Position numbers and translations under genes: made by a program. Positions 54,110 through 64,000 of a DNA stretch of 64,000 nt are shown piece after piece (within the stretch, counting starts at the first letter, position 1; each line of letters begins with the position of its first letter). The notes below the pieces were generated by a model that did no database searches, was not told where the DNA came from, and saw only the letters and a list, made by a program, of their open reading frames with translations. This DNA comes from Rhizophagus irregularis. Lineage: Eukaryota. The stretch lies in contig NC_089431.1 in assembly GCF_026210795.1 (NCBI RefSeq), forward strand, positions 5,146,001 through 5,210,000, read 5' to 3'.

Positions 54110-54925
54110 ACTTTATTTCAATTTCTTCTATCATAAGATTATTTGTGATAGCTCAAAAATCTCCATTACCAAATAATGGACCTTCAGTAAATCAATATAA
54201 ATGGCATTCTTACATGACGAAAATATAAAGCTATCATTGGTAATACCATAACATCCATCAAATTTTCATTTAATTGGATTATATCCTCCAAGAATTTCGT
54301 TACTATCTCTCATTTTATAAATTGTTACGTTACATTGCAGAATTTGATTCTTATGGCACCTACCATGTCTAAATAATGAACTAAAAAATCCAAATTCAAT
54401 CCATTTTGAGATTAATTCAGAATTTGTAATGATCTTTGATCAATATTTTTTGATTGAATCTCTTTAACAGTATGAGATACTAATTTTTTTATTGGTTCGT
54501 TATCATTATCCAAAAATACTCTAAAAGAAGCTAAATTATAAAATCTAATAAAAGGAACGCATTGTTTAAGGTATATTGAAATCATATTTTGAAAAGCTTT
54601 TAGGATCAGAAGGAAGCTATGCAAATCCCATTTAATCAAACTTGAATTTCGATCATTTGATGATTATCATTCTGAATTACCATAACTAATAGTTTTCTGA
54701 AATTGAAGTGAAACGTGATGAATTAAATAACTAATTTAGTTCTTTGAAAATAATTAGCATTAGTTGATAAATTTCTTCGCAAATAATGGGAATGATAATT
54801 TAAGATAAATATATGAGCACAAAATATTTTTTTCAAGGTCATTACCAACTTCAACTGTAATATCATAATATTCGCCATCATTTAAAATTTTATGATAATT
54901 TTGACAAAAGTTTATTATCAATTAT
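54110..54925 (-). pseudogene. Heavily deleted BTB-BACK-TLDc relic
   Basis: The minus strand shows remnants of EYYDITVEVGND, LKQCVPFIRFYNL and EILGGYNPI, with frameshifts. Confidence 0.8.
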
Positions 54926-55256
54926 TATAATTTTTTAAGTAAGATAAATGAGAATGTGAATTCTTGAAAAAAAAAACCTAAATTATAAATCACTTTTAAT
55001 GAATGTATAGGTTTTGTACATCATGTTCAGATTAACTAATTTTGGTACATTCAGCATTCAATAAGTATACGAAGTATTTGTCCTCATCAATAGTCCAAAT
55101 GACCGAATCATCGAACTAATAAAAGGATTAGAGGAAGACTGTATTGCTATGGTAATATATCACAAGATATACCATTGATTACCTGTTAAGCCGCATCTTA
55201 TGTTTGAATTTTTAAAATTAAGTTCTTTTCGTTCTTATCTCTATTAAAAAATTACA

Positions 55257-55630
55257 ATGATTTATAATAAAATTTTACCAAAATTATCAAAAAATTTATT
55301 TGAAATTTTAAATGATGAAGAATATTATGATATTACCATTGAAGTTGATAATGACTCTGATGTAATAATATTTTGCTCCCACATGATTATTTTAAATTCG
55401 TTCTCCTTATTCGAAAAGAATTTTTATTAACTATTAAAAATAATAATAATAATGAAATTTTAACACAAATATTTTATAAGTAAATCATATATATGAACTG
55501 ACAATATTATTGTTACCATTTCTAATAAATGCGTTTCTAATTTTATTGTTACTACTTTATTTTAGGTATATCTATGGAGGAAGATTTTCGTTGGAAGAAT
55601 ATGATTCTTCAGATATTTTTTTAAAATTTG
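55257..55630 (+). pseudogene. Truncated BTB relic (exon 1, intron, start of exon 2)
   Basis: MIYNKILPKLSKNLFEILNDEEYYDITIEV followed by frameshifts, then YIYGGRFSLEEYDSSD; homology then stops. Confidence 0.85.
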
Positions 55631-56379
55631 AGACAAATTTGCCCGCATTACCATTCAAGTAATTTTCCTGATATCATACTCGCATTTCAGGTGACCATTT
55701 ATTATATGTTTTCGCTTTTCTCCTGGGTCATCAGGTAAAATAGAGATCGGTTGTTAGATGATATTACCTGAATGGAAGAATGTACTTACTTTAGCTTTTA
55801 GCTTTGGATGTATTTTCTGGACTTCCCACTTGAAGAATTAGAGTCAGAAGATTCAGCCACGTGCGTGTTACTTTTCTCTTGTAGAAGACTTAGAGAAGAA
55901 ATTTACAGTCCTGAACTTGAGCATTATTCAGACTTGAGATTGCACTTGCACTACAGCTAACTGCTTGAATCTTATCTATTTCTTATTGATCAATTAGCAT
56001 CATGCTTTACAATAAAAAATGCCAAAGTATGAAATCATGACCCAAGGTCACGATTGATCTATATTGTTACATGTTCAAGGAAAATTTATCAAACTAACTT
56101 TGAAATAAATGATTGGGTAGTAAATGTTATCCACTGATTTTTACCATATTATTAGATATATGTCATGCTTATTATTGCTTAATAGTTTTATTTTTTCAAT
56201 TTACACCTACTTGCATATGTTAATTTCAGATTTCATTACCAGAGATTAGCTTAAATATATTAATAAATGATTTATCATATAGAATGAATAAAGCATTAAA
56301 ACCTATCTCTAAAAAAATAACTAATTAAAAGATTGAGCATTAGTTAATTTGCAAGCAGAACCCTCTAAGCAATATTATT

Positions 56380-57279
56380 TTAGTAGATATAATGTTGAAA
56401 CTCTATATCTGTTTCCCAAAAATATATTTCCATCAACTCTAATTGGACTGTGGTCTGTAATATTGACTTGAAGCCAGCATCACCAGCCACAAGTACTATT
56501 GTAGCAGGCACCTTATTGTAGAGAACTTCGTCCATATAGTGTCCAATCGGCATGTTGACCATTTTTTTGAAACCTTTAGCATTACTAGGAAATGTTGTAA
56601 CCTTCCTTTCGAACAAGATTTCATATGGAATCGGTTGGTGAGATCGATCCAACTACAATTGGATCTTCTCCAGGTTACGATCATTCTTTAAATAATCGAT
56701 TCAGAGTTGGTTAAAACACAACTGTCTTCTTTTAGAATCAAAACTACCAATTTTTAATATTCTCCAACTACAAATTTTCCTTTGATATACAGGTTTGAGT
56801 CATTAACAAAAATATACAGATTGTCTTGGAATCCAATTAAAGTCCTTACTATAGGAAAAGACCAGTTCCCTATATTAAAATTGTAGCGCAATGCAAATGA
56901 GGATAAAGGTCTATGTCAAAACGTGTTGACCAAAATTATTACTACTCACTTACCAGCATTGGGTTGCTCTACAATAATGTGAATGTGTTTTTTGGCGGCT
57001 TGACGATGAGAAAAAGCACAAGATTAAGTAAGTATTCGGTATTATCGACAAATATAAAAGTGCATGTAAGAAAGTTTGCTTAAGCTCTGGGAGGTATCTC
57101 ATATGCTTTAAGGCCATCGGGCATTAAGTCAAGAAAAACTTCACCTTTGACTTCTTGAGCTGTTAAGGTATCTATGTGATTATCAATGTTGTTTAGTCTC
57201 CCTTTCAATTATATCCTTTCGCTTTCTCAATTGTAGATGAAGGAATAACAGGTCAACCACTTGCAATGTTAGTCGACAT
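56380..57279 (-). pseudogene. Decayed Crinkler (CRN)-type N-terminus + NYN/PIN-like RNase domain
   Basis: The minus strand encodes AAKKHIHIIVEQP (CRN N-terminal end motif, ~56965-57000), LYIFVNDSNLYI (NYN-like first motif) and IVLVAGDAGF..EIYFW, with multiple frameshifts and stops. It may extend to ~55700. Confidence 0.65.
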
Positions 57280-58189
57280 AGCTTTTGCGTATGAAAAGTG
57301 TGAGAAAAAATTTTTTGGGGTTATTGGATATATATGAGAAATCAATTGTCACCAACCCATCAGTTTGATCAGATATCTCTTAGAATAATATCATTTAGAT
57401 ATCTCAATACGCAATATAAAAAACAAAATTTATTTGAGAGGTTTAAATTTACTCGATTGTACATTGCTTGAGATATCCAAAAAAAAAGTTCTATGTAAAA
57501 TAATTGCCGAAATGTGCTATACTCTAAAGTAAGAAAAAAGGATATAACGTTAAATAACGTTCAGTAATAGTCAATAAATTAATTAAATTAATTCCAAATC
57601 TTAATCCCCTCTCATTTCTAAAAAAACGATCAAGCTTTTTAATATTTACTGATTTACTTTAATTAAACTTCTTCCAATATGAATATATAGAAAGTAAGTA
57701 ACAGAAATTGGCAAAGTAAGTAACGTAAAGTCACATGATCTATTATGTTACTTCTCTTATATAAGGTACGGAACGTAAATTTTTTTGGTAAATACTTTAC
57801 GTTACTCCTTATATTTGCCACATGATCGCGTCATGTTTATTTGTTTATCGAATCTTGTTTTCAGTATAGGTTCATTTCCTCAGTTCCTTCCGGTTCTGCA
57901 ATTAAGGTTCAGTTGTTTAGTTGTTTTTCACTTTACGTTTCGTTTCTTACTCATTTTTATTATTTTTTATTTTGTTTCTGTTTCATATTTCGTTTTCACT
58001 AATTTTATTTCATTTTTTTTTAGATATTTTAGTTCTTTCAGTTCTAAAATTAATAAAGGTATGTTTTTTTTATTTTTTATTTATTTTTTTTTATTTCGTT
58101 TTATCTTATCTGTTATATTTCGTTTCTTACTAACTTCTTTTTTTATTTTTTGTCTCTGATCATTTTTCACCTCATATTACTTCTCATTA

Positions 58190-58595
58190 TTCGTCTCCCA
58201 TTATTTCTATTACATCTTTTCATTTTCCATTATTTCTCTTTCTCTCCTGTTAACTTCCCATCATTTCTTTTTGTCTCTCATCAGTTCTTTTCATCTCTCA
58301 TCACTCCTTTTTATCTTCCATCACTCCTCTTTGTCTCATATTACTCCTTTTTGTCTCCTATCACTTCTCTTCATTTTCCATCACTTCTTTTCGTCTCCCA
58401 TCACTCCTCTTCGTCTTCCATCATTCCTTTTCGTCTCCTATCACTTCTCTTCATCTTCCCATCACTTCTTTTCGTCTCCCATCACTCTCTTTCATCATCC
58501 ATCATATCCTATTTCTCCTTTTTGTTTCTATCACTTCTCATTACTCTATTTTACTCCCTTTCTTCTTCTATTACTTTCCATTACTCCATCGTTAT
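58190..58595. repeat. CT-rich degenerate short-unit tandem repeat
   Basis: catcacttcttttcgtctcc-like ~20 bp motifs repeated many times. Confidence 0.8.
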
Positions 58596-59166
58596 TTCAT
58601 TTTTTTTATTAACATCTTTCTCCTTGATCATTGTAATTTATTTATCTTTTTTATTTATTGTTATTGTTTTTTTTTATTTTCAATTCATTAAAAATAAATA
58701 CAGTAATTTTTTTCTTTAAAATCGAAAATGTGGGACTTAAATTTTAATATTTGCAAATAAAATTTCATTAAATAAGATTATTTTGAAATTTGAATAAATA
58801 TGTTTGCAAAAAATATTTTTAAAAATATCTTCGCAATAAAATTTTAAGTTTAGCCGATCAAAAATTAGCTAAGTTAAAAAAATCAGCCATCAGCCGATTA
58901 ATGAATTTACTTTATATATTGCACATCATGTGACATATTTCAGATTAGGTATCCGGATCATGATGCCGATCTTTTTGCTCATATCTGGCACGTTACGTCA
59001 TTTATTGCCGGATATTATTTTATTTTTAATTCATGAAAATGAGAAAAGGACAAACTAACTATTAAACTATTTAACCAACAAATAAACTATAAATAAGTTC
59101 TCATATGTGTAAGTGTAACATACGGATATGAAAAAATCATGATCATTAAGGCAAGGATATAACCAT

Positions 59167-59265
59167 TATTCAATATTGCGGTCAATATTTTTAATGATTG
59201 TTGTCATGTGCCACTGCGTGGCACAATGACAGCCAATCATTCAACATTGACCTCCATATTGAATA
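59167..59265. repeat. ~99-nt long hairpin (inverted repeat)
   Basis: Arm tattcaatattgcggtcaat...tgtcatgtgccac, loop tgc, arm gtggcacaatgaca...attgacctccatattgaata. Confidence 0.85.
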
Positions 59266-59684
59266 CTACGTGCCTAATAATATATTAATATGAGGGGAGC
59301 AACGTAAATTGACCCAAAATAGTAATTTTACGTTACTTACCTAGCCAATTTCCGTTTCTTACTTGCCTACCTACCGTTCCAGTATAGAGTTTCTAAAATC
59401 TTAACAGGTTAATATATACAGTAAGTTTTGCGTTTATAGCAAATATTCATAAGTTGCGGAACACTTGGCCAAATTGACGTTGAGAATTTGCGAGTATGCA
59501 ATGCAGAACCCTTGCACCCTTGCATATGAACATAAATTTATTATCACGTGGCTATAACTTTGGTGATGATAACGTTTTAGCCACATTTATGATTTTCATG
59601 TGCCTATTAAATAAAGTATTAAACTAGTGTATTTTTGGATTTTTTCTTTTTCTCATTTTCTCATTTTTCATTTTAAAAATTGTA

Positions 59685-61171
59685 ATGGTTGATAATAAAC
59701 TTTTGCCAAAATTATCACAAAATTTACTCGAAACTTTAGACGATGAAGAATATTATGATGTTACAATTGAAGTTGGAAAAGACCCTGACGTAAAAACATT
59801 TCGTGCTCATAGGGTTATTTTAAATTATCGTTCACCATATTTGCGAAGAATTTTATCAACCAATAAAAAGAAAAATGACGGGTTTGTGACACATATTAGT
59901 TTACCAAATATTTCACCAGAAATTTTTCAAATAGTATTAAGGTAGTAAAAAAAATGGTAATTTGAAATTTATGTATTTTTAGTAAATAATTTCTAATATT
60001 GCCATCATTCTTACTCAGATATATCTACGGAGGAATAATTCCATTGGAAGAATATAATATATTAGATATTGTTAAAATTTTTGTTGCTGTTAATGAGCTT
60101 AGTCTTCAAGAATTAATCCCTTATTTAGAAACCTTCTTGCTTGAAAATGCAGCAAATTGGGTGGAAAAACATTTTGATTTAATATATCAAATAAGCTATG
60201 AAAATGATTCTTTCTCAAAAATTCAAAAATATTGTATCGATTTAATTTCCAAAGAGCCAAATAAAATATTTAATTCACCAAAGTTCTCTTCAATTTCAGA
60301 AAAGCTATTAATCGCTACCATCCAAAATAAGAATCTTAGAATAAACGAAATTCAAATTTGGGAGCATGTGATAAAATGGGGACTTGCACAAAATCCAGAA
60401 CTTCCTCCCGATTATACAAGCTTTTCAAAAGTTGATTTTGATACCTTAAAAAATACCTTACAAAAATGTATTCCTTGTATTGGATTCCAAAATTTAACTT
60501 CGAGAGAATTTTTGCACAATATATTTCCTTATAGGGAAATTCTGCCCAAAGGATTATACATAGATTTATTAAAAATCTTTTTGAATAGTGATTATAGACC
60601 GTCTAAAAAATTAAACTCAAAAAGAGTTGATTCAGAGATTATTTCAAATCAACATGTTGAATTAATTTCGAAATGGATTCATAAGTTAGAAATTACAGAC
60701 AAGCTAACAAATTCATATGAATTTAAGTTGTTATACCGCAATTCTCGTGATGGATCAACTGAAGCGAATAATAGATTTAAAAATTTCCGTAAAATTTGTC
60801 ATAATCAAACTCGCACTATAACTATTGTTAAAGTGGAAAATAGTAACGAAATTCTTGGAGGATATAACCCAATTGAATGGAATTCTAATAGTAGTCATTT
60901 GACAACTAAAGACAGTTTTATATTCTCTTTTATTAATAATGATATCGAAAATTTTATTTTAAGTCGTGTAATTGATGAAGAGCACGCTATATATAATAGA
61001 TCACTTATAAGCAGTGTGGGACCATCATTTGGTGGTGGCGACCTGCATATATATCAACATACTTTATACGGCGATTTGAGAGTTCAATGTGAAAAAAGGC
61101 ATTATAATAACCAAATTAGGAAGATCAATATTTCACTTCTCTCAGAGTTTGAAGTATTTCAAATTGTCTAA
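59685..61171 (+). CDS. BTB/POZ-BACK-TLDc protein; exons 59685-59941 and 60019-61171
   Basis: Conserved intron. This TLDc keeps the canonical GPSFGGGDL motif. Confidence 0.9.
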
Positions 61172-62301
61172 GGTTTATGATTAGATTGTAACTTTGTTCC
61201 ATTTAGAAATAATTTGTTAGTCTAAACCTTTTATTTTTATTTTTATTTTTTTTTTGTTAATGTTATATATTACAAATCAACATAAATGATGATAGTGCTG
61301 TATTAGCTTTCACGAGCTTTGATATAAAAATATGTTTGAGAATTGAATAAAACTTAATCAAAATAATAAAAAATTATAATTTGTAAATATTACAAACAAT
61401 TCATCATAATATTTTAAATTGTACGGACGACCTACGTCTCCAAAACTATGAGAGGAAGTTTGTTCTAAAATTATAGCAATTACACAATTATTTCTTATGT
61501 AGTGTAATTATCAATTATTAAATATTTTCATCAAATGAAAATGAAAAATATAGGTCATTGTAGTATCGTCTACCTAATATCAAAAAATCGTGAAGTCATA
61601 AATTTTGTCAATTTAAAATGATTAAAGATTCTTACATATCGTTACCGGCTTTTTTCAAAACATTAGTGTCGTAAAACTAAAATGTGTTTTATGGAGATTC
61701 ACGTGAGTACAGAGTTATAACAGCTCTAAAAATCTGAATAGGTTATTATACAGTATGCGTCCCTTTGATAGATAATTACTAGATTAATAAATAATTAATA
61801 TTGCGACTTTATGAACTGACATAATCACCCCATCGCTAATAAAAAAAAATTACCATTTCAAATTTGGAGAAATTTCAAGCAAAAATATCCTAAATATCCT
61901 TTAACCATCACAAATTTAACATCATACCTAAACGCTATTTATTATAAACCATTAAATTCATCGAATAAATCATACGTGATTTATTATTATTTTTTTTATT
62001 AAAAAAAAAAGGAAAAACAATAGCGATAAAAGTATAAAAGTAAACCCGGCCAGTGCTATTCAAGAATTTGAGTGTGACATTAATAGAGTGACAAATAGGA
62101 TTTGTCTCTCAGATAAATAAACATGGTGGTAGTGAAGCATGTGGTAAATAAAAAAATAGATCACATGATCGAAGAAATATTGTGGCTACGTTAATTTGTG
62201 TCCAAATGATTTTCATGTACCTATTAAATAAAGTTTAAAACTAGTATATTTTAGATTTTTTCTTTTTTTCTCATTTTCTCAATTTTTATTTAAAAATTGT
62301 A

Positions 62302-63797
62302 ATGGTTGATAATAAACTTCTGCCAAAATTATCTCAAAATTTACTCGAAACTTTAGGCGATGAAGAATATTATGATATTACAATTGAAGTTGGAAAAGAC
62401 CCTGACGTAAAAATATTTCGTGCTCATAGGGTTATTTTAAATTATCGTTCGTCATATTTACGAAGAGTCTTATCAACCAATAAAAAGAAAAATGACGGCA
62501 TTTTGACACATATCAGTTTACCAAATATTTTACCAGAAATTTTTCAAATAATATTAAGGTAATAAAAATATTTATTCAAAACTTCAATGTGTTTTTAATA
62601 AATAATACTTCGATGTGTTTTAATAAATAATTTCTAACATTATTTTTACTTACTAGATATATCTATGGGGGAATAATTCCATTGGAAGAATATGATATTT
62701 TGAATATTGTTAAAATTTTGATTGCTGCTAATGAGCTTAGCCTTCAAGAATTAATACCTTATTTAGAAACCTTCTTGCTTGAAAATAAAGAAAATTGGGT
62801 GGAACAAAATTTTGATTTAATATATCAAATAAGCTATGAAAATGATTCTTTCTTAGAACTTCGAAGATATTGTATTGATATAATTTCCAAAAAGCCAAAT
62901 AAATTATTTAATTCGCCAAATTTTTCTTCAATTCAAGAAGAACTATTAATTGCGACCATTCAAAATAATAATCTTCAAATGAGCGAAATTCAAATTTGGG
63001 AACATATGATTAAATGGGGACTTGCTCAACATCCGGAACTTTCATCTGATCTTACAAGCTTTTCAAAAGATAATTTTGATATCCTAAAGAATACTTTACA
63101 ACAATGTATTCCTTATATCAAATTCCATAATTTAAGTTCAAAGGAATTTTTGCATAATATATTTCCCTATAGAGAAATTCTACCCAAGAAATTATTCATG
63201 GAACTATTAGAATTTTTTTTGAATAGTGATTACAGACCTTCTGAAAAATTTAGTTCAGAAAGCGTTGATTCAGTTTTTATTTCAAATCAACATGCCGAAA
63301 TAATCTCAAAATGGATTAATAAATTAGAAATTACAGACGAGTTACCAAGTTCGTGCGAATTCAAATTATTATATCGTGATTCTCGTGATAGGTCTAGTGA
63401 ATTGAATTGTAAATTTAACAAATTCCGAGAAATTTGTAAAAATCAATCTCACACCATAACAGTTATTAAAGCGAAGGATAGTAACAAAATTCTCGGAGGA
63501 TATAATCCGATTGAATGGAAGTTTGATGATCACTATGGAAATACTAAGGATAGTTTTATATTCTCCTTTAGTAATAATAGTATCGAGAACTACATTTTAA
63601 GTCATGTAAAGGATAAAGAGAAAGCTATATATAGTGGGACATACAGTGTTAGTATAGCATTTGATTTTGACTTACAATTATACAGTGATGCTTCTGACCA
63701 ATTAAGAGTTAGTTGTGAGAAAAGTTCTTATGAAAAACACATCGGAGAAATCAATGATTTATATATAGAAGAATTTGAAGTATTTCAAATTGTGTAA
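62302..63797 (+). CDS. BTB/POZ-BACK-TLDc protein (mosaic); exons 62302-62558 and 62657-63797
   Basis: Conserved intron, intact frame, TLDc motifs. Confidence 0.9.
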
Positions 63798-64000
63798 GAT
63801 TTATATTAAATCCAAAAATTATATTATTTCATATTATTTGTAGCGATAATTTGCCTTTATATCATAATGGTTTATTTCATCCATATTTTATTTACTCTTT
63901 TCTGGATCTTTTATTTTCATAAAATATGTTAAACATTTCACTGATAGATGGCGTTTATATATTTAATATATTAAATTTATGTAATATTTTTGTAATATCA

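Larger units (their letters stand above)
57688..59369. mobile_element. Putative ~1.7 kb element bounded by imperfect inverted repeats
   Basis: tagaaagtaagtaacagaaattggcaaagtaagtaacgtaaa matches the reverse complement of 59327-59369 (taggcaagtaagaaacggaaattggctaggtaagtaacgtaaa). Low-complexity interior. TSD not identified. Confidence 0.55.

Noticed and set aside
57785..58719. Hydrophobic F/L/S-rich ORFs resembling membrane proteins
   Set aside because: Artefacts of T- and CT-rich low-complexity sequence.
61421..61565. Weak inverted repeat suggesting a MITE
   Set aside because: The match is too short and mismatched, and there is no TSD.

Overview
Very AT-rich eukaryotic DNA with short GT-AG introns. 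The gene content (expanded BTB/POZ-BACK-TLDc genes, HRD-[FL]-H-x-G-N tyrosine-kinase-like kinases, a Crinkler-type relic) points to an arbuscular mycorrhizal fungus (Glomeromycotina, Rhizophagus-like); this is inferred, not database-checked. The window is a birth-and-death cluster. It holds ten near-complete two-exon BTB-BACK genes: seven end in TLDc (one frameshifted) and three replace TLDc with other tails. It also has three BTB pseudogenes, three multi-exon kinases, a lone divergent histone H2A, a bromodomain + PD-(D/E)XK nuclease fusion gene, a decayed Crinkler-NYN gene, several non-autonomous TIR elements and minisatellites. Most notable: (1) the bromodomain-nuclease fusion; (2) a BTB-BACK adaptor whose TLDc is replaced by an eIF4B/eIF4H-like segment; (3) modular swapping and mosaicism of C-terminal modules on a constant BTB-BACK scaffold; (4) an H2A with an acidic, SQ-less tail; (5) a stem-bracketed intron shared by two loci and tandemly amplified. 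Exon boundaries were read by eye and need RNA-seq confirmation.
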